From NCBI GenBank assembly GCA_964437855.1, contig CAYTJE010000003.1, positions 1 to 50,431 on the forward strand: 50,431 bases of DNA, given 5' to 3'. The notes below the pieces were generated by a model. It had not been told where the DNA came from, did no database searches, and was given only the letters and a program-made list of their open reading frames with translations. The position numbers and the translations under genes are program-made. Position 1 is the stretch's first letter, and the number at the start of each line of letters is the position of its first letter. Shown here piece after piece: positions 36,863-46,050 of the stretch. This stretch comes from an uncultured Anaerolineales bacterium. GTDB lineage: Bacteria; Planctomycetota; Phycisphaerae; FEN-1346.

Positions 36863-38749
36863 ATGGGCCAACGCATACGGACTCAGGCGATAGCCGTTGC
36901 CGCCGTGGTGGGGCTGCTCGTGTCGGGGTGCGGGCAGAACGAACTCGGCCGATATACCGGCTACCGCGGCAACATGTGGGTCGTCAAGGACCCCAAGCGG
37001 GTCCGCAACAAGATCGTCAAGAGCGAGAACTACTGGATTCAGAAGGAGGTCGAGCCGGAGGAGGAGTTCCCCGGCCCGACCCCGGACGACCTTGAGGCCC
37101 CCGAAGAGGATTACATCCTGGGTCCCGGCGACCTGATCGACATCACGGTCTTCGAACTCATGCAGCCCGGACAGCCGTACGTCACCCGCCAGCGCGTGAG
37201 CCAGAGCGGCCGGATCACGTTCCCGTATCTCGGCACGGTCAAGTGCGCGGGCCTGACGACGCACGGATTGGAGGAAAAGGTCTCCGACCTCCTCGAACCG
37301 GATTACCTGGTGGACCCGCAGGCCACGGTGTTCGTGGCGGAGTACCGGAACCTGAGCGTCTCGGTCCTGAACGGGGTGGCCCGGCCGGGCCTTTACCCGA
37401 TGAGCAAACAGGAGATGACGCTGCTGGAACTGGTGGCGATGGCGGGCGGTATGCTCCAGTTGACCGAGGACTACGGGTACGTCATCCGCGAGTACGCCCC
37501 GGACGAGGCGGACCTGTTGATGCTGGAAGGCGGTACGCCGCCGCCCGAAGCCGGGGAGGCCGGCGAGACGGAGCCGCCACCGGAGGCCGGTGCGCCGGCC
37601 GAGCCCGCCGCCGAACCTGAGCCGGCCGCTGAACCTGAGCCGGCTGCCGAACCCAAGCCTGCCGAGCCGTCCGAGACACCTCCCGCCGGGAGCGGCACGG
37701 GCGCCGAGACCGGCCCGGCGCCGGGGTCGGTGGCGCCGAAGCCGGCGGCGAGCGAGTCCTCGACCGGCGGGGCGACGCCCGATTCGCCCGACCCGGAGGC
37801 GGTCCGCAGCCTGCTGGAACAGATGGCCGAGGGCCGGGTGCCCGAGATTCGCGAGATCGAGGCGGCCGAGGTCCGGCTGCCGGCCCGCGCCGCCGGCGCC
37901 CTGGCGGCCGCCGAACCGCCCGACGCCCCCGCGCCGGCGGGCGACGAGAAGGAACTCGGCCGGTGGATCTGGTCGGACGGTCAATGGATTGAGGTCAAGC
38001 CGAAGGAAACAGAGCCGCCTGAGACCCCCACCGAGAAGCCGCCTGCCGAGAAGCCGCCTGCCGAGAAGCCGCCTGCCGAGAAGCCGCCCACGGAACCCGC
38101 CGAACCGGAAGGCCCTGCGGCGCCCGAGACCGAGCCGGTCCGGCTGGCCGAGACCGAGCCGCCGCCGGAAGCGCCCACGCCGGACGAGTCCCGCCTGGCG
38201 CTGGAGCAGAAATTGCGCCGGCTGGGCGTGGTCCAGGGGAGCGGGCAGTTGCGGCGGATCATCCGGTTCGACGTGGAGGCCCTCCAGGCCGGCGACCCCA
38301 CGCAGAACGTCGTCCTGCGCGACGGCGACATCGTGACGATCCCCTCGCCGCCGATCGGCGATTTCTACATGGCCGGCGAGGTGGCCCGGCCGGGCGTCTA
38401 CAGCCTGACCGGCCGCAAGATCACGCTGCTCCAGGCGGTGGCGGCGGCCGGGGGGCTGACGGCCGTCGCCGTCCCGTGGCGGACCGAACTGGTCCGCCGC
38501 ATCTCGGAGGAGGAGGAGGAGATTATCTACGTGGACCTCGGGAAGGTCTCGCGCGGCGAGGCGCCGGATTTCTACATCCAGCCGGAAGACCAGATCCGCG
38601 TCGGAACCGACCAGGGCGCCGTCTACAACGCGGTGCTGCGCAACGCCTTCCGGGCCACGTACGGCCTCGGGTTCGTGTACGATATGAATTATGCGGACTT
38701 CTACCCGTGGACCGATTACGTGAACCCCATATTCGACACGCCATTCTAA
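36863..38749 (+). CDS. wza: Polysaccharide export lipoprotein (Wza/OPX) with long Pro/Glu/Ala-rich insert
   Basis: LVSGC lipobox; YILGPGDLIDITVF...G.ITFPYLG.V..AGLT; two SLBB repeats (GVARPGLY, GEVARPGVY). Confidence 0.88.
   Translation: MGQRIRTQAIAVAAVVGLLVSGCGQNELGRYTGYRGNMWVVKDPKRVRNKIVKSENYWIQKEVEPEEEFPGPTPDDLEAPEEDYILGPGDLIDITVFELMQPGQPYVTRQRVSQSGRITFPYLGTVKCAGLTTHGLEEKVSDLLEPDYLVDPQATVFVAEYRNLSVSVLNGVARPGLYPMSKQEMTLLELVAMAGGMLQLTEDYGYVIREYAPDEADLLMLEGGTPPPEAGEAGETEPPPEAGAPAEPAAEPEPAAEPEPAAEPKPAEPSETPPAGSGTGAETGPAPGSVAPKPAASESSTGGATPDSPDPEAVRSLLEQMAEGRVPEIREIEAAEVRLPARAAGALAAAEPPDAPAPAGDEKELGRWIWSDGQWIEVKPKETEPPETPTEKPPAEKPPAEKPPAEKPPTEPAEPEGPAAPETEPVRLAETEPPPEAPTPDESRLALEQKLRRLGVVQGSGQLRRIIRFDVEALQAGDPTQNVVLRDGDIVTIPSPPIGDFYMAGEVARPGVYSLTGRKITLLQAVAAAGGLTAVAVPWRTELVRRISEEEEEIIYVDLGKVSRGEAPDFYIQPEDQIRVGTDQGAVYNAVLRNAFRATYGLGFVYDMNYADFYPWTDYVNPIFDTPF
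37601..37654 (+). repeat. 18-bp coding tandem repeat, three copies (EPAAEP)
   Basis: gagccSgcYgcYgaaccY three times in tandem. Confidence 0.75.
38031..38088 (+). repeat. 15-bp coding tandem repeat, about 3.9 copies (EKPPA)
   Basis: ccgagaagccgcctg in three perfect copies plus 13 bp. Confidence 0.9.
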
Positions 38750-38880
38750 GGCTACTTTGTCAACGCTTACCAACCGACAACGACGCTATCGCGGTGGGCC
38801 GTCTTGCCCACCGCGCGGTGCCCACGACGGGGCACCGCGCCACGGCCTTTGTGGATGATGGCGAAGTTGACAAAGTAGCC
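38750..38880. mobile_element. IS5-like MITE (131 bp) carrying REP hairpins
   Basis: Perfect 15-bp terminal inverted repeats ggctactttgtcaac / gttgacaaagtagcc; CTAA duplicated at 38746-38749 and 38881-38884. Confidence 0.85.
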
Positions 38881-39110
38881 CTAAGCGGGTTTGGAGGCGG
38901 TTGACGCGGTCGAATGTTGCGCCGGCGGCCCCGGGGCGGGGCGTTGGGCTGGGCCGTGCCCGGGCTCACCGCGCATCCGCCGCGCTACGCCTGGACAGAT
39001 CATACCCGAACGCGCTTCGGGGCGGGGCGCGTCCCTGATCCGTGTCGGCCGGACCGGGCCGGCCCGCGGTTGCTTCGGAGAGGATCCTATTGGCTGATGG
39101 TCAGACGGTG

Positions 39111-40358
39111 ATGTCCAATACGGCCGGCGGGACCGGTCCGGGGCACCCTGCACGGGAGTGGGACTGGAACCGCCTGCTGACCCCTCGCGTCGTCTTCCTG
39201 ATGCTGCCCGTGGCGGGTCTGCTGCTGGTGTCGTACGGCTATCCGCTGATGCGGTGGGAGGTGATGTGGCGGAACGAGGATGAGTGGAGCCACGGGTACC
39301 TCATCCCGCTGCTGGCGGTGGTCATCGCGCATTTCCGGCTGAAGGAGCGGGTCCCCTCCCGCATCGTGCCCTGCGTGTGGGGGCTGCCGCTCATCCTGGC
39401 CGGCAGTGTCATCCGGCTGTGGTCCCGGACGATGTGGTTCGGTTATCCGGGCGACGCATCGTTCCTGCTGGTGGCGGCCGGGGTGGTTCTCCTGCTTCTG
39501 GGGTGGGAGGTGTTCAAGGCCGTCTGGGTCTCGGTGGCGTACCTGGTGTTGATGATCCCCTTGAGTACGAAGTACTACGAGGGGGTGGCGCTGCCGCTTC
39601 AGAAGGTTGCGGCCGCGGGCGCCGAACAGATTCTCTCGTTGCTCGGCATGGCCGTGGTGCGGCAGAAGACCGTCCTGGAGTTGGTCAGCGGCCGGATCAA
39701 CGTGGCGGAGGCGTGCAGCGGGCTTCGGCTGCTGATGGCCTTCGTGGCCCTGGGCGTGCTGATGGCGTTCATGTATCGACGGTCGCTGTGGGAACGCGTC
39801 GTCATCATGGCCTCGAGCATCCCGATCGCGGTCTTCTGCAACGTGATCCGCGTGACGCTGATGGGGGTCTCGAGCAACTGGCTGTATGCGGAAGCCCAGC
39901 GGGTGGCCCAGGGCGGCGCGACGTGGAGCGCCTACGCCCCGCAGTTTACCGCGTGGTCGGGGACCTCGTGGTTGGGCTTTATCCTGCTCTGCGGGGGCGT
40001 GTTCTTCCTGGTGATGCGGGGCGACACGGGGGCCCTTGGCCGGATTCTGACCCCGTGGCGGGCGGCGGGCCTGGGCATCCTCGGCGTCCTTCTTGTGGTG
40101 CTGACCTCGGGATTGGAGATCGGCTACGAGACGCCGGCCCGGTTGGAGGAGGTTCGCCAGATCGTGCTGAACCCCGACAGCGGGCCGCACCAGGCCTTCG
40201 GCTTCGCGATGCTTGGCCTGGCGTTCGTGCTGATGTGGGCCGAGTTGCGCTTGATCGACCTGTTCTTCGTCGAGGACGAGGCGGGCGCAGGCGGCGGCGG
40301 GGACCCGGCCGACGCGGCCCCGGCCGGGGACGACGCCCGCCGCGAACGCTCGCCGTGA
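39111..40358 (+). CDS. Exosortase (EpsH family)
   Basis: WSHGYLIP, VAEACSGLR (Cys), NVIR (Arg), PHQAFG (His); many transmembrane helices. Confidence 0.92.
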   Translation: MSNTAGGTGPGHPAREWDWNRLLTPRVVFLMLPVAGLLLVSYGYPLMRWEVMWRNEDEWSHGYLIPLLAVVIAHFRLKERVPSRIVPCVWGLPLILAGSVIRLWSRTMWFGYPGDASFLLVAAGVVLLLLGWEVFKAVWVSVAYLVLMIPLSTKYYEGVALPLQKVAAAGAEQILSLLGMAVVRQKTVLELVSGRINVAEACSGLRLLMAFVALGVLMAFMYRRSLWERVVIMASSIPIAVFCNVIRVTLMGVSSNWLYAEAQRVAQGGATWSAYAPQFTAWSGTSWLGFILLCGGVFFLVMRGDTGALGRILTPWRAAGLGILGVLLVVLTSGLEIGYETPARLEEVRQIVLNPDSGPHQAFGFAMLGLAFVLMWAELRLIDLFFVEDEAGAGGGGDPADAAPAGDDARRERSP

Positions 40359-40386
40359 CCGTTCGTCTATCAGGAGGGGTGAGTGG

Positions 40387-41526
40387 ATGGATGCGGTGTC
40401 GGCCCCAGGAAATCGCGGGTGGGCCTTGGCGTGCGCGGCCGCCCTGGCGGTGGTCGGGGCCCTGGCCGTCGTCAATGCGTGCGAGGGGGTGGAGCGGGCC
40501 TGGATCGGCGTCGGGGCCGCCGCCGTCGGGGCGGTCCTGCTCGGGATGCACGCCACGGGGTGGGGCGCCCGGCCGTGGGGCCTCGTTGCCGCCGGCGCCG
40601 CGGTGGTGTACGCGGTGTTGGCGCCGGCGCCGAAGGCCGGTGCCGCGCTCTTTTATTCGGTGCTCAGCGCGTCGCCGGAGGGTGTCCGTTTCGAGGCGAT
40701 GCCGGTGGTTCGCTTCGTGGTGGCGTTGGCGGCCTTGGGGGTGTATCTGCGGCTGGCGGTGTCGCTGAAGCCGATGGGACTGTACGGTCTCTGCTGTGCG
40801 GTGCTGGGTGTGCTGGCGGTGTTTTTTCTGGTGTGGCAGCCGCCTCCGCCGAAGCCGGTGCCGATTGCCCGTCCACTGATCGGCCTGAAGGATGACCTGC
40901 GGGCGGCCCTGGCCGGGAAGGAGAGCGCGGGCACGTGGCCATCCGATCTGGCCGTCGGCTGGACGGCCGAGCACGAGGTGTTGCCCGAGTCCATCGAGAA
41001 GCAACTTGGGGCCGACCAGTACGTGAACCTGCGGTGGACCTCGCCCGACAGCCGGTACCAGGTCCAGGTTTTTGTTACGTATAACGCCAACGCTTGGTCG
41101 AATATTCCTCATGTACCGTGGGTCTGCATGACGCAGGCGGGGTACCGGGTGGCGGCGAAACGCACCGACCCCCTGCCGCATCCCGGCAGGGTAGGGAAGG
41201 AAATCGAACCGACGGTGCTCCTGTTCGAGCCGGGCCGGGGCATGCGGCCCGAGGGCGCGCTGATGTTCCAGTACTTCAACGTGGGCGGGACGTATGCGAC
41301 CGGCCGGTCGCGGGCCCGGATTCTGGCCACCACGGGGGCCGTCGGCCGGCAGGGCAGTTATCTCTCGCAGACCCAGGTCTCGGTCTGGCTGCCCATGACC
41401 GAGGCCGAAGGCGCCATGGAACACGCCAGCGCGGCGTACCGGCTCGGCCGGTGCTTCCTCGACGCCGTGATCCCCCTGCTCGAGCGGAACTACTACCCGG
41501 ACCTGACCGGGACCGAAGGAGGTTAA
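40387..41526 (+). CDS. Exosortase-associated EpsI-family protein with multi-TM N-terminus
   Basis: LGADQYV, VFVTY, PHVPWVC..QAG and QYFNVGG; directly follows the exosortase. Confidence 0.78.
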   Translation: MDAVSAPGNRGWALACAAALAVVGALAVVNACEGVERAWIGVGAAAVGAVLLGMHATGWGARPWGLVAAGAAVVYAVLAPAPKAGAALFYSVLSASPEGVRFEAMPVVRFVVALAALGVYLRLAVSLKPMGLYGLCCAVLGVLAVFFLVWQPPPPKPVPIARPLIGLKDDLRAALAGKESAGTWPSDLAVGWTAEHEVLPESIEKQLGADQYVNLRWTSPDSRYQVQVFVTYNANAWSNIPHVPWVCMTQAGYRVAAKRTDPLPHPGRVGKEIEPTVLLFEPGRGMRPEGALMFQYFNVGGTYATGRSRARILATTGAVGRQGSYLSQTQVSVWLPMTEAEGAMEHASAAYRLGRCFLDAVIPLLERNYYPDLTGTEGG

Positions 41527-41532
41527 GGACCG

Positions 41533-44500
41533 ATGGCCCGAAGGCTGAACACACGGCTGCTGGTGCACGTGCTGGTCTTCGTGGGTGTGCCGGCGGGGTT
41601 GATCCTGTTTGCGTTTCTGGCGGCCGCGGGCTTCCTGGGGCCCGGCGCGGCCGGCATCTTCGATTTCGGTTTTCTCGGCGGCGACCCCAAACAACTCTAC
41701 AAGGAGGCCAAGACGCTTTACGAGGAGGGGCGGTATACGCAGGCGTGGATCGCGATCCGCCAGTGCGCCAAGGCCGGCGGCGGGGACGACCCCGAGGTCT
41801 GCTTCCTGACGGGCGAGATCGCCCTGAAACAAACGCCGCCCGCCGGCGGCCAGGCCATCGAGGCCTACCGCAAGACGCTTCACCTGAAGCCCGACCATCT
41901 GGAGGCCCAGCGCCGACTCACCGAAGTCTACGTCAACCTCCGCTACTGGCGGGAGGCCCTGACCGAGGCCCAGCGGCTCCAGGAAATGGACCCCACCCTG
42001 GGCAGGGCCTACCTGTGGGAGGCCCTGGCCCATCTCGGCCTGGCCGAGGCCGAACCGATCCGGTCCAGGAAGATGCCGCACCTGGACAAGGCGGCGGCGG
42101 CCTGCGGCAAGGGAATCCAGCAGGTACCGGACGACCTCGACCTCTACCGCATGTTGGCCCACCTGTATCGGCGGCTCGAGCGGCCCGAGAAACTCGATGA
42201 AACCGTTGACCTGGCTGTCACCAACAACCCCGACAGCCCCGAGGCATACCTGCTGAAGGGCAACCGCCTGATGGAGCAGGATCACCCTGAAGAGGCCATT
42301 CAGATCCTGAAGCAGGGCCTGGAACGCGTCGGCCCGAACGCCGACCTGTTCGTGGCGCTGGGGGAGGTGGCGGTCAACCAGGTGGACCTCGAGGCCGCCA
42401 AGGAGCACTTCAAGGGCGCCGTCGAGGCCGACCCGACCAACGACAGGGGCTATCTCCGCCTCTCGGGCATCCACCGGCTCGAAAACGAGCGGGAGGCCGC
42501 CGTGGCGGTCCTCGACCAGGGCCTGGAGGCCAACCCGGACTCGGCGGCCTTGCTGGCCCAGCAGGCCGACCTGTATCTGGAGATCGGCCGGCGCCAGAAG
42601 GCCGACGCCGTCATCGGCCGGCTCGAGACGGCCGAACAGGAGGGCCGGACCGCCCCGGGGGCGGTCGAGTTCCTCAAGGGCAAACGGGCGCTGCTCTCGC
42701 AGCAGGTGCGCCAGGCCATCACGTTTCTGGAACAGGCCCGTGACAAGCAGCCGGGCCCCCGCGCCAGGCTGCTGCTCGGACGCGCCTACCTGCTGGCGGG
42801 GGAACTTGGCAGTGCCGAAGCGGAACTTCAGCGCCTGATCGATCAGCACCCGGCCCTGACGCCCGCCTGGCGGACGCTGACCGAGGTGCAGTTGCGGCTT
42901 CGCCGATTCGACCAGGCCGTCCGCAGCGCCCAGGTGGTGCTCCAGCGCCAGCCGGCCGATACCGAGACCCGGCTTCACCTGGCCCGCGCGCTCCTGTTGC
43001 AGAACAAGCCCGACGCGGCGCTGGTCCAGGCCCGCAAGGCCGCCGAGGACGCCAAGACGAACCCGGACCCCTTGATCCTGCTCGCCGGTATTTACGAGCG
43101 GATGAATCGGACCGACGAGGCCGAGGCGACTTACCGCAAGGCCGTCGAGGTGGCCGAGGACGACGTGGACGTCTACCGCGAGTTCCTCGCCTTCTATCGC
43201 CGCACGGACCAGGAGCAGAAACTGAAGGCCCTGCTGGAGGAGGCGAAAACGGCCCTCCCCGACGACGAGGTCTTCGCCGTCTCGGGCACGACCCAGGAAA
43301 TCGAGCAGCAACTGCGCCAGCGCGTGGCCTCGGAGAAGGCCACCGCCGAGGACGTCGTGGCGCTGGCCGACCTCCTGCGGGGCACCGGCCGACCGGACGA
43401 GGCCAAGACCACCTACGCCTCCGCCCTGGAGAAGGCCGAGTCCGGCTCTTCCACGTGGCGGCGGGCCTGGCAGCGGCTGTTTCTGCTCCACCTGGCGGCC
43501 GATGAGTACGAGCAGGCGGCGGACCTGGTGCAGCGGCTCCGGACCTCCGACCCCGACGCGCCGGAACTGCTCTTCGCCGATCCCCTCCTGCTGCTGAGCC
43601 AGGACAAGATCGACGAGGCCACCCGCGCCCTTCGCGCGGTCATCGAGAAGCACCCCAGCCTCTCGCAGGGACACTTCATGCTGGCCCAGGTCCTGGCCGG
43701 TCAGCGAAAATACGACGAGGCCATGGATGCCCTGAGCCGGGCGTTGAAGTCCCGGCCGGACCTGACGCAGGCCCGGCTCATGCTGGGCCGCATCTACCTG
43801 AGGCGCAGCAATTACTCCGGCGTGCTGACCGAGGCGGAGAACGCCCTTCGCTTCAACTCGCGCCTCGTCACGGCGCTGGAGTTGAAGGCGACGGCCCACG
43901 CCGGACTGGGCCAATGGCAGCGAGCCCTGGAAGCCCGCCAACGCATCGCCGAGGTTGTCCCGAACAACGTCAGCAACCTGGTGGCGCTGGCGGCCCTGTA
44001 CGTGCAACTTCATCAGCCGACGGAGGCCGAAAAGGTGTTCAAGCGCGCCTACGACCTCCAGCCCGATAACCCGACCCTGGTCCGGTCGTACGCCGATTTC
44101 CTCGCGAATACCGGCCGGACCGACGAGGGCACCCGCCTCGTCGAGGCCTACGTCGAGAAGCACCGGGACGAGGGGCGGGCCTACGTGCTCCAGGGCGAGT
44201 TCACGGCGAAGGTGGCCGGCACGGAAAAGGCCGAACCGTACTTCCGCAAGGCGGCCGAACTCGAGCCCGACGACCCGCACCCGCTCGTCTTCCTCGGCGA
44301 CCAGTACAGCCGGCAGGGCTTGTGGGACAAGGCCGCCGGCGCCTACCGCGAGGCCGTCGGGCGGGGAGAGGAATCGGCCCTGGCCCGGAAACGCCTGGCC
44401 GACGTCTACATGATCCAGGGGAAACTGGAGGAGGCCCGCTCGGTCATCGACCAGGTCATCCAGGAGGTGCCGGACGACCCGGCCGCCCTCGTCATCGCCG

Positions 44501-45903
44501 GCCGCATCGCCGCCCATCAGGATAAGGCCGACGAGGCCGAACGCCTTATGAAGAAGGCCCTGGAGTTGGACCCGGACTACGGCGAGGCGCGGGTCCGCCT
44601 GGCCGAACTGTACGCCGGCCCGTACCCGATGAAGGCGCTCAAGATTCTTGAGGAGGTGGATACCTCCGACCGGTCGTTTGAGAAGGCCCAACTGCTCCGG
44701 GCCGACATCAACACCCGCCGCGTCCGGCTGACCGAGGCCATCCTGGACCTGCATCGGCTCCTGGATTACCGCCCGACGAGCATCCCCGGCCGCCTCCAAC
44801 TCGCCTCGAAGTACATGGCGGTTGAAGAGTACAGCCGCGCAGCCAAGTTGCTGGAGGAACTCTCGAAGGAACGCCTGGACCGCGACCCCCAGTTGCTCGT
44901 GGCCCTGGGCGAGGCCCGCATGAGGCAGGGGGACTACGAGGGGGCGCTCTCGGCCTACGAGAAGGCCCTGAAGGCCAAGCCCGAATCCAGCGAGGCCCTG
45001 ACCGGCCAGGTCCGGAGCCTGGTGGCCCTCGGCCGCAAGCAGGAGGCCCTGGACCGCGCCCACGAGGCCATGAACCGGTGGGAGAAGGAAGTCTGGCCGC
45101 GCATGGCCCTGGTGGCCCTGTACAAGGAGACCGATGAACTCCAGAAGGCTTTTGAGACTCTGCGGACCGGTCTCATCGCCAATGACAAGTGGGAGGAGGG
45201 GTACGTGTACCTGGCGGACCTCCTCGTCCGGGCCGAGAAGAAGGAGGAGGCCCGGCAGATTCTTATCACCGGCCTCCAGAAGGTGCCGAAGAGCGTGCTG
45301 ATTCGCGCCGGCCTGGCCGCCCTCGAAATCGGGGCCCGCGGTCCGGCCGTGGCCGCCAAAATCCTCGAACCCCTCGCCAAGGAGTTCGAGGCCAAGTACA
45401 GCCGCATGCCCGAGAAGTTGGCCGAACTTCGCGCCTATATGCCGTCGATTCGCATCTACAGCCTCTCGCTGTATCGGATGGGCCGGACCGAGGAGGCCCT
45501 GAGGTGGGGCATGATGCTCTGGTCGATCGACCCGACCGACGTCGCGAACGCGAACAACATGGCCTGGATCCTCGCCACCGAGAAGCGCGATTTCGACCGG
45601 GCCCGCGAACTGATCGAGCGGTGCAGGCGACTGGTGCCGAACCATCCCCAGGTGCTCGATACCGCCGGCTGGATTGAGTTCCTCGACGAGCGGTATGAGC
45701 AGGCGATCGAGAATCTCCTGGCCAGCATCAAGTACGGCGACAACCCGGAGGCCCGCTATCATCTCGGACGGGTCTACGAGGCCATCGAGCGGCCCGACGA
45801 GGCCCGAAACGAATATAAAAAGGCCCTGGAGTTGGGCCTCGAGGACCAGCAGCGGGCCGAGGCCCAGCGCCGGCTCGATCAACTGGCGACCTCGGCCGGC
45901 TGA
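41533..45903 (+). CDS. Giant membrane-anchored TPR protein (1456 aa), PrsT-like
   Basis: N-terminal transmembrane helix, continuous TPRs, C-terminal ANNMAWILA...VLDTAGW...YHLG typical of exosortase-locus TPR proteins. Confidence 0.88.
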   Translation: MARRLNTRLLVHVLVFVGVPAGLILFAFLAAAGFLGPGAAGIFDFGFLGGDPKQLYKEAKTLYEEGRYTQAWIAIRQCAKAGGGDDPEVCFLTGEIALKQTPPAGGQAIEAYRKTLHLKPDHLEAQRRLTEVYVNLRYWREALTEAQRLQEMDPTLGRAYLWEALAHLGLAEAEPIRSRKMPHLDKAAAACGKGIQQVPDDLDLYRMLAHLYRRLERPEKLDETVDLAVTNNPDSPEAYLLKGNRLMEQDHPEEAIQILKQGLERVGPNADLFVALGEVAVNQVDLEAAKEHFKGAVEADPTNDRGYLRLSGIHRLENEREAAVAVLDQGLEANPDSAALLAQQADLYLEIGRRQKADAVIGRLETAEQEGRTAPGAVEFLKGKRALLSQQVRQAITFLEQARDKQPGPRARLLLGRAYLLAGELGSAEAELQRLIDQHPALTPAWRTLTEVQLRLRRFDQAVRSAQVVLQRQPADTETRLHLARALLLQNKPDAALVQARKAAEDAKTNPDPLILLAGIYERMNRTDEAEATYRKAVEVAEDDVDVYREFLAFYRRTDQEQKLKALLEEAKTALPDDEVFAVSGTTQEIEQQLRQRVASEKATAEDVVALADLLRGTGRPDEAKTTYASALEKAESGSSTWRRAWQRLFLLHLAADEYEQAADLVQRLRTSDPDAPELLFADPLLLLSQDKIDEATRALRAVIEKHPSLSQGHFMLAQVLAGQRKYDEAMDALSRALKSRPDLTQARLMLGRIYLRRSNYSGVLTEAENALRFNSRLVTALELKATAHAGLGQWQRALEARQRIAEVVPNNVSNLVALAALYVQLHQPTEAEKVFKRAYDLQPDNPTLVRSYADFLANTGRTDEGTRLVEAYVEKHRDEGRAYVLQGEFTAKVAGTEKAEPYFRKAAELEPDDPHPLVFLGDQYSRQGLWDKAAGAYREAVGRGEESALARKRLADVYMIQGKLEEARSVIDQVIQEVPDDPAALVIAGRIAAHQDKADEAERLMKKALELDPDYGEARVRLAELYAGPYPMKALKILEEVDTSDRSFEKAQLLRADINTRRVRLTEAILDLHRLLDYRPTSIPGRLQLASKYMAVEEYSRAAKLLEELSKERLDRDPQLLVALGEARMRQGDYEGALSAYEKALKAKPESSEALTGQVRSLVALGRKQEALDRAHEAMNRWEKEVWPRMALVALYKETDELQKAFETLRTGLIANDKWEEGYVYLADLLVRAEKKEEARQILITGLQKVPKSVLIRAGLAALEIGARGPAVAAKILEPLAKEFEAKYSRMPEKLAELRAYMPSIRIYSLSLYRMGRTEEALRWGMMLWSIDPTDVANANNMAWILATEKRDFDRARELIERCRRLVPNHPQVLDTAGWIEFLDERYEQAIENLLASIKYGDNPEARYHLGRVYEAIERPDEARNEYKKALELGLEDQQRAEAQRRLDQLATSAG

Positions 45904-45920
45904 CACGACGACGCTACTTT

Positions 45921-45969
45921 CCGCGCGGCGGGTCTTCCGGCTTCGCCGAGGCGACCCCCCGACCCGCCG
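45921..45969. repeat. REP hairpin with internal insert
   Basis: cggcgggtc...gacccgccg stem enclosing tccggcttcgccgaggcgacc. Confidence 0.65.
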
Positions 45970-45984
45970 GGCCGCGGAAAAAAG

Positions 45985-46015
45985 TTGCATGGGACCGAGG
46001 TCGGCTCGCTATAAT
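45985..46015 (+). promoter_or_regulatory. Possible internal promoter for wzc
   Basis: A-tract, then TTGCAT-N19-TATAAT; the spacer is longer than ideal. Confidence 0.5.
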
Positions 46016-46050
46016 GCGTGGCCGGTAAGCCACATCGGGAGGGATGAAGG

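Noticed and set aside
38867-38930. Promoter for the exosortase gene formed by the MITE's TTGACA or the nearby TTGACG
   Set aside because: No acceptable -10 hexamer 16-18 bp downstream of either
39979-45990. 2003-aa minus-strand ORF and other long antisense ORFs (20104-22839, 33350-36691, 46009-48480, 1385-3256)
   Set aside because: They mirror well-supported genes on the opposite strand, have no recognisable motifs, and are expected in high-GC DNA with biased codons
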